Origin: Takakia lepidozioides
Taxonomy: Eukaryota; Plantae; Bryophyta
NCBI GenBank assembly: GCA_030704615.1
Contig: CM060732.1
Location: 64,790,001-64,854,000, forward strand
Reading direction: 5' to 3'
Length of the DNA: 64,000 bases
Shown: piece after piece, positions 25,811 through 39,276 of the stretch
Position numbering within the stretch: the first letter of the stretch is position 1
Layout of the letters: every line of letters starts with the position of its first letter
Translations under genes and position numbers: made by a program
The notes under the pieces: generated by a model
What the model was told of the DNA's origin: nothing
Databases searched by the model: none
What the model saw: the letters and a program-made list of their open reading frames with translations, nothing else

Positions 25811-26628
25811 ATGCTGCTAGAAGCATGGAGCCTTCAAGACACACAGTGATCAGGCGTATTGGTACTCGCATTATGAAGGTAGGTGCTGCATGAGATACAA
25901 GGAGAAAGTATGACTTTCTTGAAGGTAGCCCATCCTCATACTCTTCTGGTACAGCAAGTGCTGAACTACAGAGTTCCGCTGCGATCTGGCCTTGGTATGA
26001 CCAGATGACATTTGTGGTCAGATCACATGAACATTGCCTGCCTTCATCTGCTACTGTCTGGTGCCAATCAAATGAGGTGCATTTCTCATGTGGCCATGCT
26101 GACCTTACCTCAAGACAATGCCAGAGAAAGAATATTCTCTTAAGACTTTGTTTGCCGTAGCCTAGTGGCCATAGAGACCCCACGCCCAGTTGGGCGGAAC
26201 AAGAGGTAACAGACACTACCTTTGTGACTCCAGCAGTGGGACTTGCCTTGGTATACACAATTGGTTTGGGCTTTTCAGATTTACTCTAGAAAGCCTGTCA
26301 CACAAGCATCAATATGCTGTGTGTGAGCTGCCCAGCAAGTATATCCTGACAGGGCCAGAGCTGTAGGCCCAGCCTTGAGATTTTGGAAGTTGGTGAACAG
26401 AAGTGCTGGGACTATGTTCTTGATGGTCCTCAGGAGGGTTGCTCTCTGATGAGGATACCCTGGAAATTGGATCATAAAATGGATATTGTCTTCAAGCTGC
26501 CCACACATCGGGCATTGACAATCTTCCTTCCCTCTATGCATATGTTAATTACTCAAAGGTAGACTCCCTGCTGAGTTTAAATGTCAATCTAGTGCCGAAT
26601 GTAGGTAGGCCCTTGAGATCATCTTTAA

Positions 26629-27586
26629 CCCCTAATGTCCTATGTGACCCGAAACGGGTCGCACCCTTTTTCTCGACCAGCTGTAACTTCCTGAATCTAG
26701 GTCTGATTGAAAACCCGCCAATAGGAACATTGTAGTCCAGATTAAGAGCTTTCCAAAGCAACCCGCCCTTGGCCAATGGTAGAAAGTTATGGCTGTTCAA
26801 AGTCCAAAATCCACGAAACGGCATCAGAATACAGCAAGAGATTCTCTGCCCGCTGCCCAAATTTGGCTTGCCTGTGCTGGCGGGTACCCCTGCTTGGCAT
26901 GTGGGGCCAAGGTGTGAGTAGGCGAGGGATGAGGTGACCGGTTCTTTATGGTGGACGAGCCCCAGCAAATAGAGGGTTGCTGTGAAATTTGAAGGGGCAG
27001 CCCCAATCTGTATAGGTGGTCTTGGATGGAGCTCATGCACAGTTTAGTCCAAAGTTTCCAACGGCACTGAGAACCTTTTCATCTAAATTATGAAAATTAC
27101 TAAATGTACGAAAATTATAGTATCTCTTCATCCTGAAGGATAACTGCTTTCCGTTGTCGTTGCTATAGGAAAAGGGTGACTATAAGCCCAAAATCTCCAA
27201 ATTCTCCCCTAGATACCCCTTTGTAGACACTACAAAGGAGGGATCCCAAGAACTTTCGCAAATTTTAGGGGTAGGTGGACAACATGATTAGGCAGGTTGT
27301 CTGTGAATTTCATGTGAATTGGAAAGTCGGTAGGAGTTGTTAAGTTTTTAGGCCCAAAAAAAAGAAAAATTACGACTTTCAAGTTGCAGCTCTCAAAAAG
27401 TTATGATCTTGAAATATGTACGGTGAAACGCTCTGAAACTTTATGTGCAGATAGAAAATGTAGTTAGCAACATAAATCAACAGTTCATTTCCATAGATCA
27501 CAAAATTTGGAAAGAGATGGCCAAAAAGATGATGTTGGGTCATGAATCTGCAGATTTTTGGCAAAATCTCTACAGCACATTAGAGG
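26629..27586. mobile_element. piggyBac-like non-autonomous element 1
   Basis: TTAA|CCCCTAATGTCCT...AGCACATTAGAGG|TTAA. It interrupts LINE sequence that is contiguous in the paralog at ~62860-62910. Confidence 0.8.
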
Positions 27587-29259
27587 TTAAGGTCCTCACC
27601 GATGTCACAAACTGGAGACAAGTTCAGGGAAGTTTTATGCCTAACTTCATTTTGTTCAGACATTCTTTGTGCTTCTGACATTACCTTAGATCTTCAGGCG
27701 CAAGTGAACTTCATCTAGCTGGGTCAGTTCTTCCTGCCTGATATTCAGGTACTTGAAAATCTCCTTCACCTTGTTCCAACAGGTCTTAGCCTGCTGTTTA
27801 ACAGGACAGTCTTGCTTCCAAGAAATAGAGTCGATTATCCTAGGGTATATGGTATTAGGCATGCGATCAACTGACCTTGAATTCATCACGTCGAGAGCCA
27901 AACTTGCCCCATGTTAGCTGTTCTAGAGCAGGCAGACATGCTCTCTTTGAGCACCAAAAGCTAAATGATCCTAAAGACTTAGCATGGTTGCAGTTGCCAA
28001 TCCACACGGCAGATGGGTACTTCAAGGTAGGCCCAATAACGTTGCAAAGTATGGTCCTTTTAACTTCAGAGTCAATCCCTCTGAAATGGAGAAAATGAGT
28101 CTGACCCAAAGGTTTGTTTTTAGCTGTTTGAATTGAATCACTTTTTGTATATGCGTATCCCAGTTACAACTGGAGGAAAACTGAACACCAACATATGTGT
28201 AGGAGGGGAGCACAGGGATCTCTTCACAGCCCACCGCGCATTTACTAACATTGGCTTCTAGCCTCCAAATACCTCTTCACACAACCAATCGACTCCTGAA
28301 GACTGGATGGAGTATCCCCTAGGCCCGCGAATTCATCTGCAAACACAAGAGCTGGTATGGCAGCATGACCCTCCTTTTACCCAAACCCCTTGCTTGCCAT
28401 CTCTTCAAGGAGCTGATTAACGAAAACATTGAAGAGCAGTTGGGAGAGGGTACAACCTTGAGCTACACATCAAAGAAGTTACACTTCTGGCCATTAACCA
28501 TAACACAACTTTTAGTGTTCGCTGAACCATCCATTGTTCCCCTGACCCCAGCACGATACTGTGCCAAACCTTTTTGACATCAGGAAGAAACAAAGGTTCT
28601 TCTTTTGACCTTCATTGGGTTGTCTGGCTTAGGGTAAGGATATGGTCTACGCAGCCCCTATTTCTCCGGAAGCTGGCCTGACCTTCATGAAAAACATGTC
28701 TAGAATCCAAATCAACCAGATGGTTGGTTGTTGTTTTACAAGACAGCTTGTCAACTGCAGTAAGAAGCTTAATACCATGGTAGTTTCCTGGCTCTTCTAT
28801 GTCCCATTTCTTGTACAGATTTTTTGATGACACCCTCTCTCCATTTAAAGGGTATTATTTGTCTTCCACATAAGGTCAAAGAGGAGGGCAAGGGCCTCTA
28901 TCATTGGATTGCCACCACGCTTAATTGGCTTGTTGACAAGGCCATCACCCTCACTGGCTTTATAGCTTCATCAATCTCAGAAGAACTAATGAATGTGTTG
29001 TATCTCTTTGTGGTCTACTCCAGTTCATCAGGGCTGTCTGGATCATAGGAACAGATTTTTTTTCTACTGTATCCTTCCATTCTTTCAAAAACCCCTCACT
29101 ATTAGAGCTGGATTCATGGCTGTAGTGCGTTTCAAAGGTTTTCACAATTGCAACCATAGAAGTCACGACTGCACCCTTGTTATTCCTCGAAGTGTGCACT
29201 TGCTGTCCGTTTTTTGGCCTGTACAAACGTTGTAAGACAAACCAGAATCTTTATCATCA

Positions 29260-29488
29260 GCATACCTTCAAACAGTTGCAGGGCTTCCCTACAACAACCA
29301 TGCTGGGCATATCCTGCAATCATTGCACTCCATGAAACCACATTTTGTTCAGCCATTTTGTCAAACACTCCCTTTGCATCCTTGATGCTCCCGCATTTAG
29401 CATACATGTCCATGAGGGCAGTGTCCAGATTGATACCTGGTACAATTCGGACTTCTTTACCCTTTTCGAGAGCTGCCAGGCAGTTGAG
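29260..29488 (-). pseudogene. PLS-PPR fragment embedded in LINE ORF2
   Basis: LNCLAALEKGKEV...DTALMDMYAKCGSIKDAKGVFDKMAEQNVVSWSAMIAGYAQHG, very like repeats of the neighbouring PPR gene; LINE sequence on both sides. Confidence 0.88.
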
Positions 29489-29793
29489 GTTAATTTCATG
29501 GGACAACTCTTCCAAGTACATTTTCTTCTGATCCCTTACCAGCTGATTCACATCTTTTCGCAAGTGGTCAGCTCCTTCAGCCCTTGCCTGCTCCTCTTCC
29601 AAATGAGAAGAGTAGCCAGGCTTTCTAATCTTATGGGCAAGCTGCTTTAGGTGAAGACCTAGGGAGAACCCTAATGAGTCATCCTGTTCTCCGTTTTCCC
29701 GTTCTGTTCTAGGCAAAAAGTTGTGAACAGAAAAACAAGATCAGTCTGTAATTATTTGAATGTATTATAGCCACATTCAAGGAAAGAGAGAGA

Positions 29794-30027
29794 ATGTAAA
29801 TAAGGCACTTTGCCCCGACCCCGACAAGCTTGAAGAAGGGATAGAACCTACCTTTGTTAGGGGCTGATGCCGGTGGTAAGACTTACCTTGGAATAAACAA
29901 TTGAGCAAGGTTTTCCAGATATCCTCTAGTAATCCCTTTACACAAGCATCTACCTGCTGTGTGTGGTTTGCCCAGAGGAAAGAGATTGTACTCATAAGAC
30001 GTTGTTTGCCGTAGCCCCCTGGCCATT
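29794..30027 (-). mobile_element. Two abutting LINE family B 3' fragments
   Basis: WANHTQQVDACVKGLLEDIWK plus the conserved tail; flanked by ggaaagagagaga repeats. Confidence 0.8.
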
Positions 30028-30381
30028 GGAAAGAGAGAGAGAGAGAGAGTGAAAAATCCTCAAGCCTCTCATTTTTCAGGTTTCCGAATTCTGTCACAAG
30101 GTGTTGGCTACAGTAGACCAGCCAAGATAGTAATGTACATTGACTGGATCATGTAGAAGGTGTACACATGTACTCCAGTATGCTGCTGCTACCAGGCCTA
30201 GCACAAGATATCATGGATTAGTTTGCCATCAAGTGTCATATTCGTTTAGTAGGAACCTTCATGGACATCCCATTCTCCTTGCCTTACCAACAGGAATGTA
30301 CGAGTAGCTCAAACATGTTCCTCAACACCACAAACAGGATTAAGTAATCCAAGAGTGGAGTTCACCAATTTCAAGGATAGA

Positions 30382-30454
30382 ATGTACTCATAAGACGTTG
30401 TTTGCCGTAGCCTTGTGGCCATTGACCCAGCGCCCAGTTTGAGCGGAACACCTA
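30382..30454 (-). mobile_element. ~73-bp 5'-truncated LINE family B insertion with 12-bp TSD
   Basis: Conserved tail flanked by ttcaaggataga at 30370-30381 and 30455-30466. Confidence 0.85.
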
Positions 30455-33400
30455 TTCAAGGATAGAGAGAGATCCAGAGGGTCAGGCAATTCTTGAGTGT
30501 CACAAAGAACTTGACCACATTCAAGGGAAAGCGGGAGAAAGGAAGTTTATCATCCACAGAAAGGCCGAAGAGCCCAGCCTAAACCTTCTCAATGCCCATA
30601 GACAAGCTGGGAATGGAGCTGTAGACAAGTAATTGGGCTGTAAGATTCTAGCGTCACAGAGAACATGGAAAGTGATCTGGTAAAAGTACAGTTTGTTATA
30701 AGATTCTTTGGTTTCCAGGTGTACTGGACATGAAGTTCTTCATCAGATCAGCTCCAGTCTGATCAGCTCCAGTCTAATCACCTTGTTGTGAAGAAATTTC
30801 GAGCCCTTCTGGAAGATGTGCAGTAGGGAGGCAATGGACAAGCGGAGTTGTTTGGAAAGAAATTGGACAAGAGAGTGAGATGATTATGCCCATACGCCGT
30901 ATAGGGCTCAACACAAGTAAGAGAATAACAGGGTCAAATAGTCAAATAGTGGAATCACGGGGACGGAGACTGCTAAGAGAGGGAGGCTGACCAAAATTGA
31001 CCATAATAACATGTTGCAGCAAGGGTCCGAGAATCAGTCTAGTTAAGTCCAATTGACTATAACATACAAAAATGAACCACATCTACTGCTCAAGATACAG
31101 TGTACTGGGTTGTTTGTCATTTGAATACATCAAGTTTATTTGCATGTGTCCTGTATGTCTCTGCTCTACAAACCAAGAGGAAAATCTTATGCACCCTCCA
31201 GCTATACCTAAAAATGTTTCCACAAAGCATTTTGTTGAGTGCCTTGGAGCATTACTTGGGCCATTACTTGCCTCTTCATACTGTTCACCATTCTCTTCTC
31301 ATGGGTTCAACAGCCCCTGACTCTAGCACCTGCAACTTGACCAATAATAGTCCAAAAGTTGAGTGCTGCTCAATGGCTGCCCATGGGTGTTAATAGCACC
31401 TGCTCTTTGATCTTCCAATTTCTGAGATATAGTTGTGAAGATCACTAAGTTATGAGATTCAGGAGAGGCATATTTTTGGCAAATATTTTTCTGGAGACCA
31501 CAGATTATGACAGGGTCTGTTTGGATCAAAACCATATCAGGATCTCTTAAAAATCCATTGTGCATGTGAATTAAGAGTTCAAATTGGATAAGTTTTCCTG
31601 TAGTATATTTTCGTCAATGGATGCATACTGCACAGCCAATCACAAACTTGCCCTCGATTGCTGTGCCGCCTCTTTTTCACTCTCCTTGTCTCTCTGCTGC
31701 ATTCCAGATGTGCAAGTGTCTACATCTGCTGAGACATTCACATGAAATGAAGTGAGAAATTCAGTTGGGGGAGGTAATAGCCGTGCAGCAATGTATGCTC
31801 TATATTCTTGTCCTGTTCTGCATAATACTCAGGAAAACACCATATGAGATATTGTACCCAAATCCAAGCTCAAAAACTGAGAAGGCCCCTTTGAATGATT
31901 GGCAGGCTTGCAGATGACATTGAGAGCAACGACATGGAGGATATTTCTCTGCTGAACAAGTGGATGTTCTAGTAGAAGCAAATTTGTCAACAAACTCATA
32001 CTGACTCTTAAAGGTACAAATGCAACTGAATCTGTAACTCCCTTTGCTCATATTCAACCCAGTAATGTTGTCTTCATTTCACCACCAAGCACAGATCCAT
32101 AGCAAGGATCAAAGAGAAATTTGTGACTATTGGTCTAATTTTGGATTTCCCTGGAATACATCTCATAGGGAAACCTAAAACAAACAGGTGGCCGCTGAAG
32201 CATAGATTATGGTGTCTCTTCACCCCAAAAGGTTACAGCCGTCAGTACTGAACTTACATTTAACTACTTTGTGTTGATTTCAGACTGAGTTGACAACAGA
32301 GATGCAGCGGTACTCATGGACAAGTGAAGGAGATGCTCAACTAGTTTAAATGTGGAATTAAGCACCTGGGCAAAACAGAGGTGACAGCTGCCCGACTCCA
32401 TACCTCCCACTGGCAGCCTGGTGCTCATTTTACCAGACCAGACATAATGACAGCATAAGAAGCAAGATCCGACTTTCATTTGTATTTTCACTACCACAAT
32501 TGGCTGGTGACCAGGTTGGAGAATGAGAAAGAGGCCAAATGAACAAAGGGAGACATGTGTGCTCATTTGACCACCCCCTGTGATACAGCATACTAACCCT
32601 CCCGTAGTTGATCCCATTGCTCCAACATGACACTTTCAATGTGTTGTATTCATCGTATCCACAAAGTAAGCATCAGTAGTTTGTTATGTCCCTGGTAAAG
32701 TACCCAAACGTGAAAAAATCACCTTGTGCATTGATGAGTTTTTGGTGCATCCTCCATCACAGGATGCCTTCAGTTAACAGAAAGAAGGAAGCACATTGAT
32801 CACAACTTTGGAATCTTTTCATTCTTCCATGATCCTTTGTAATATGAGATCCAGGGGAGCTACTATTATCTCTTCTGAGATAGCCAATCTCTCACTGAGG
32901 TCTTCCGTTAGAAGGATCAGCAATGCTTGGCAGCCATCTACACAAAGCATTGACTCCTAGACAATCCCTTGAGCAATAATTGTTTTTGGGCTCCATGGTG
33001 AGGGCTCCATTCTTCTTCTATTTTATGTCATGTATTCTCAATCTGTCTCTTTGTGTGTTGTCGTTCTTCTCCGTGGATTCATTTCATTGAGAAACTATTG
33101 AGATTTAGAACAGAACAGAAGTCTAAAACAGGTCCATTGCAAACTAGATGCAGAACACTAACCTGGTTTTGGGTGTGGTGCGGATGGACCGTGTTACTAG
33201 GACTCTCTCAAGTATTGGTGGTCGACCTCTGACCAGGTGGCTCGGGGTTTCGTGTTAGTGGGCTAGACCCAGGTGAGCAGATGTTGCTGCCGTTCATTGC
33301 TTCGGTAGCATCGTCCGCTGGTGGCTTCCCACAAACGAATGGTGTGATCATATCCCGCTGTTGCCAACACCACCGACGGATGCGGCATATCTCACGCCTA

Positions 33401-34117
33401 CAATCCTCTCTTCCTCCCTCCCTTCTCTGTCCAGCTTCGAAACTCGAAATCAGGGACGACCCATCATCCCCAGACTGCAACAGGAGACCTGTTCGCCCTC
33501 CATGGTCATGGCACCAGGGACCCTGTGGAATTAGTCTCCATCTTCTCGAAATTTACAGGAAAGGCACTGCACTGCACTGCCAACCCAACCGAATCTTCCT
33601 ACAAAACTCTGCATCTACTTAGCAGCTCCAGGAGAGAACTGATACTACGGTGATCTTCACAGTGCTGAGAACAAACTGCGCAATCGAGCATCACACAAGG
33701 ATCTAGCTAGGGCCTGCTAACTCCCTTTGGTTACTTGTCGCTAACCAAACATTGGTTAGCGAGATGTATTAGCATTTTGTCACTTTATTGTGCGAACAGT
33801 AACTTTAAGCCTGTTACTAGTTACTACCAACACTGCCAGAGAATCACGACGGCTACAGAATATCTCGTACGATACCTTTCCGGTTCGTCTGTTCCACAGG
33901 GAATCTCGTACAAAGTGGGCTATTCCGAGTGGAATTGTCCTCTGGAGGAAACATTCGTAGTAAGATGGGGTGGGCGCAACAATTATTTGTGAAACGGCGT
34001 GAAGAATGAAGCAGAGGATAGTTTTACTATTCACCCTAGCAAGCCCACAATGCGGGGTGGGTGTGCTGCAGAGCTCGCACACCGCCATCGCTGCACTCGT
34101 CTGTGGAAGAAGGAGAT

Positions 34118-37100
34118 ATGTCTTCTTCCTTGTCTTCCTCATTGGCCATTGCCTTTGACGCGTCCAATTCTTCACGGCGTGCTTGGTGGGTTAGAGATTC
34201 TTGCGTCTTGGAGGCGAGTCCCAGATGTTTTTCTCTTGGATGGCGGCAACAGAAGAATTTAAGGCAATTCGTGAAGAGTTCACGAACCTCGCGACGAGTG
34301 CGACCATCTTTGCAGGTGTGGTCCTGTTGTGTTATGTCTTCAAATATTCAGTCTTTCCCGACAGCACTCTATATAAGATAGATTGCGCAGGGTCAAAATC
34401 CGCCAATTGTACTTGACAGGCATAAAGTTTTCCTCAAACTAGTAATTGGATCATCGTAAAGGCTTAGTCAGGAGATGTCTCGTGATGCGGAGATTATACC
34501 ACTGGCAGCGTGCAGAATCCCTGCTATCTTTTATGAGCTCTTTGAATGTACGACGTAGATCTGTAAGTCAATTGAAAGGGACAAAGTACTGGCGTGCCTT
34601 GCCTGCTTTGCTCCTCTTCGTTCCCTCTCTTCTGCACATTGCCGGCCGGCATGCCGTGTGCTGGTAGGAGGTCTCTTGTCTACTTCTTTTCTTTCCTTTT
34701 TTTTTTTTTTTGTCTTAGGTCTTCTTTTCTGTTCATTTTCCGTGATGTCTTTCTAGTCTTTGCTTCTTTCTTTAAAATTTGTTGTGTTCTGGGTCTTTCG
34801 CGCCCCTCTCCTTAGTCTCTCTCGGGAAATTCAAGCATCGCTATCGCAGAAATTGTTGCATTGTCTTCAAATGTTTGGTTGACTCTCTAAGATATAGAGC
34901 TGTAGATTGACTATCTGAAAACAAGGCTGCAGCTGTGTTTGTTGCTCTCTAATCTCTTACCGTTCTCTGAATATCTGTTCCTTCTCCCCTGTGATGCATT
35001 GCCATACTTTTCTTTCAATAAGCTTCTATTTTTGTCTTGTATGTGTTCTCATCTTTCCCTTTTATTACTAGTCGCTCATGTGGATATACCACAAGGCTAT
35101 GAGTATGGCCGCAAACTGACACCCAGCGCCGTGACCAGCCAGACTAAATTTCCCTCTTGAATGCGGAAATGACTGTAGCCCCATAGTAAGACAACTCACC
35201 ATTGTAGCTTGGATAGAAGAAATTAAGAAAAGAAAGGTCAAGTATGTAGTGCTGCTCCACTGGGTCTACCCTTGCATCTAATATATCTTCCATCGCAATT
35301 TACAGACCCTATCCAGCAGATTTTGAGTGCATCTACCTCTTGGACCCACTATCTGGTCAGTTTGCATTTGTTACCACACGTGTCTGTACATCGAGAACCC
35401 ACTGTTGGTACACAGATTGTGATAGGCATTTTGCTGCGAAGGATAAGGAACTCCCAGAAAATGAAGCATTCATGTCCCCTAACAATTTGAGTATTCCATT
35501 TTGCATATCACAATCATGTAAAGGTTCAGAGGAAGATGAAGTAATTGAAGAATGTAAACCTAATCATTCAGCGTTGCAACTGGTGTCGATTGCGTGGGTT
35601 GACCTGTGCAGGTGAGGGCAGCAGCAGGCCCTAGTGATGGGGTGAGATGGTGGGAGAAAGACGGGGGACCCAACATGAAAGATGTGCACTCCACACAGGA
35701 GTTTGTAGATGCGCTGTCAGGTGCTGGGGAAAAGCTTGTAGTTGTTGATTTCTATGGCACCTGGTGTGGTTCCTGCCGAGCTCTGTATCCCAAGGTAGGA
35801 TTATTTCTCTTTTCGTGGAACTCCTAATGCATTTTCAGATGGAAGTTTCAGAAAAATGCAACAGTGTGAGAGCATTTGCTGGCTTGCTGCTCTAAGAAAA
35901 GAAAATTACAAGAGGGTCGGGCTGTCTCCAGTGGAGGAGAGATGTTTAGAGAAATTTCTACCAGGTGGATAGTGTCTTGAAAAGGATGACAGACCTCTGC
36001 AGAAGTACGTTCTTGTCGGTGCTTGCTCCTGGTGCTTTTCATTTACTCTTCCAGAGTGGTCAGCAATACAGGCTGAATGGACAACTGGAGGTAATAGTAA
36101 CATGTTTCATGAGAAATCACATCATTCCTCATATCACATGCAGTTGTCTTTGTGGCATATGGTTCTTAGGCACTTTCACAGAGCCAGTTTTCTGATGCCA
36201 GTACCCCTATGTTTGGAGAATGTAATCAATGTCGGACAGCACAACACGTCATGAAATTTAAATGTATCCAACATACTGTTTTCAAGAGAGTGTACTCATA
36301 AGATGTGGTTTGGCGTAGCCCTGGGGACCCCACGCCCAGCTGGGGGGATCAAAAGGGAACACATACTACCTTTGTGAGACTCATGTTCGAAAGAAAGAAT
36401 GTACTCATGAGACATTGTTTGCCATAGCTGTGTGGCCATAGACCCTGTACCCAGTTTGGCGGAACAAACAGACACTACCTTTGTGAGGGGCTCACTCCAG
36501 TAGTAGCACTTGCTATAAGCAATTGGTTTGGGCTTTCCAGATTTCCTCTAGAAAGCCCTTCACACCAGTGTCAATCTGCTCAGCAATTAGACCCCAACAG
36601 GGCCAGGGCTTTAGGATTAGGTTTGAGATTTTGAAAGTTGGTGAACAGAGGTGCAGCAAGTATGGTCCTGATTGCTCTGAGAATATTTGAAGGATGCAGA
36701 AGGTGCCATTGCTGATTTCCTGATGGTTGGTGGTATTCAAACAATGGTGCTTTTGTGTTGCAGTTGTGTAAACTAGCAGCAGAGCACCAAGATGTCGAGT
36801 TTTTGAAGGTGAACTTCGATGAGAACAAGCCCATGTGTAAGAGCCTCAATATCAAAGTCTTGCCATTCTTCCACTTTTACAGGGGTGCCGATGGCCGCCT
36901 TGACGGCTTCTCTTGCTCCCTTTCCAAGGTACATGCCAATTCCTTCACCGAATATGAGAAATGAAACTTCTGTTTTCAGGCTTTGTTTATAAAAATGTAC
37001 TTGGGCTGGGAAGGAAGTTTGACTATGATGAAGCATTCAATGATGGCCCAGAGACTGCTAGTCAAGCTGCTATCAATCTCTGATGGTTGGATGGTCTCAA

Positions 37101-37483
37101 TATTGTAGCAGCTCCTATTGTTTGGAGTGTAGAAGAAGGTAAGATCTTTGGTAGAGCATACTACCTGGTCTTCATCCATACTAAACTGTTCATCTCTCGT
37201 CGGACTTCTCTGCCTCTTTGGTACGGTTGTCTAGTTCCCTGTCTCATCATCCCTTACATGTGATTGTGAGGAAATAGAAGTGAAGGCAATCAAGAGTACG
37301 ACAACAATACTCACCTCCTTTGCTGTGTGCCCCTGCCAGCTTCAAAAGCTGAAGGATGCGATTGCGCAGCATAACACAGAACGCTGCAGCATTGGTCCTC
37401 CTTTGGGTGTTGGCAACATCAACTTTTTTTCAGGGTTGTCCTCATCAAGCACAAGTGACCAACCAGCTGCTGCAGCCAGATGA
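34118..37483 (+). CDS. Chloroplast atypical thioredoxin (ACHT/Lilium type), ~229 aa; exons 34118-34315, 35612-35794, 36764-36928, 37340-37483
   Basis: Ser/Arg-rich transit peptide, RWWEK...PNM, active site [34 protein letters not shown] and [11 protein letters not shown]; all introns are GT-AG, phase 0. Confidence 0.93.
36288..36720 (-). mobile_element. LINE family B 3' fragments in thioredoxin intron 2 (two tails)
   Basis: Tails at ~36290 and ~36398; translation [19 protein letters not shown] and GFLEEIWK matches family B. Confidence 0.82.
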
Positions 37484-39276
37484 CAGCACTAGTTTGTACA
37501 GTAACGTTATTGTCTTCTTGTGGAAGCAGAAGACGTGTTTGAAAGTCTGATTCTAAACTTGTCTTTCTTGTTTGGGCCAGCCCTCCACTGTCACCTAAGA
37601 GCCAGTCAGATAGATGACAAATTGCAGTAGTCAATGCTCCAAAATTGGAAATCTAAGTCTAGGCTCTTGATTGTATTCTCGCTGTTGGAAGGCACTGATG
37701 ATGCCTGGCTACAAAAGTCTGTGACTTGTTTGTGTTTCTGAGATGTCTGGTCATGCCTTCCTCATGTAAACCTTGCCATCAATCTATCAATCTTCTCGTC
37801 CCTGCTGCATGCTGTTTTCTGGAATTGGCAAGCTTGGATGAATGTTGAAACCTGACCTCAGACAGGTGTATCCATGTAGTTCGCGACATACGTCGTCACC
37901 TGGGCTGAGTTCTAGTGCCACGTATATTTCATTCTGCCCCATTTATTGAGGAGTTGGAATTGAACATGGACCCTTCGACTCGGCAGAGTGGAAGGACAGT
38001 GACGATGGGCTCTATCTATGGGCTCGATGCAAAAGAGTTCCCATCACAGTTGGAAATGACACCACCCTGTCTTTGAAGGAACCTGCTAGCATAGTGTCTC
38101 CCTGTTGCTGCTTTAAAAAGGTGGCTGAAGATAGATGGACACAAAAATTACGAAGCCTATTCTGAAAACCCTTCTACCATCTGTCCCTTCCATAACGTAT
38201 TATGGAATTGGCAAGCCACCGCTTCGGCAGGGCACCACTTCACAATGGACAACTTAGGTTGAGAAATATATCTTTTTGTCTGTAGCACAGTTTTGGAGAC
38301 GGTAATGGCATTTGTCATGAGACAGTATGAAGTGCTGAAAGAACATGACAACTTTCAGTGTAAAAGCCATTGTGCTTCCCTTGAATATCAGTAATCTGTG
38401 TATTATCCACCCTTTGAACAAGAACTCTTGTAGAGTCTCTAATTACGAAGTGTACATATGCGTCCAGCCCCTTTCTCTACATAAATCTCGTTGTGGTACT
38501 TCACAGTATGCTCAATCTTTGAATCATCTTTTCCATTTGAAGCTTCCTATGATAAGGAATTTGTGCAAGATCTATTTGTTATATTTTCTAGTCAAAAGTT
38601 TATCTAGTAGACTGAAAGTATATGTTGTGAGGCAGTAGTATTAGGTTTATGAATGAATTCATGAAAAGAAGATCTTCACTGCAACATAAGTCTTTCAAAT
38701 GAAGTGCGGGTCCAAGCATTCTTATAAGTGTTTTGATACATACATAATATATGTCAAGTAGTGCAGATTCTTGAGCTGACCCTTTGCATGAACATTTGAG
38801 AGGTCCAAGAAAACTCATCTGATCTGACCTTAGGATGTATATATTGTGTAAACTAGCCTTCAATACAGAGAGCGTAATCAATAAAAATACAAATGGGTAT
38901 AAAATATAAAACCTTGTTAGTCGTTATCAACAGCTCGTATACCTCTCTATACCGCATCATCCTCTAATATCAATCCACCTCTACACTTCAAGAAAGAGAA
39001 AAAGATGTATTGTACAGCAAGGCCTAGGATCCATGGACATGGATCCCATGCCCATGGCCCCTTATGCCCCATCGTTGCATCCCCACCTTGCCACCAACTA
39101 ATCGACCCTCCCATCTTCCTCGATCTTGCTCCCTGATGGACCCTCCTCCTCATGTACTCCGTTCCTGCTCCCTAAGTACTCGACCTTCCGTCCCTTCCTA
39201 GGCTCCCACTTTGGCTATAGCTTACCAAAATGACCTGGCCACATCTTCATAGTCTCCTCCATTCTAAAACAATTAA

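Larger units (their letters stand above)
26130..29700 (-). mobile_element. Degenerate LINE (family B) ORF2 with nested insertions
   Basis: PGNYHGIKLL, EGQASFRRNRGCVDHI, LVFADEF, YTYVGVQF and C-terminal CPMC...H; homologous to the LINE at 62393-64000. Confidence 0.88.

Noticed and set aside
31000-33010. Possible decayed minus-strand gene
   Set aside because: Partly coding-like but full of stops, and no identifiable family.
34061-34381. Universal stress protein-like start (LAIAFDAS)
   Set aside because: Better explained as the thioredoxin transit-peptide exon.
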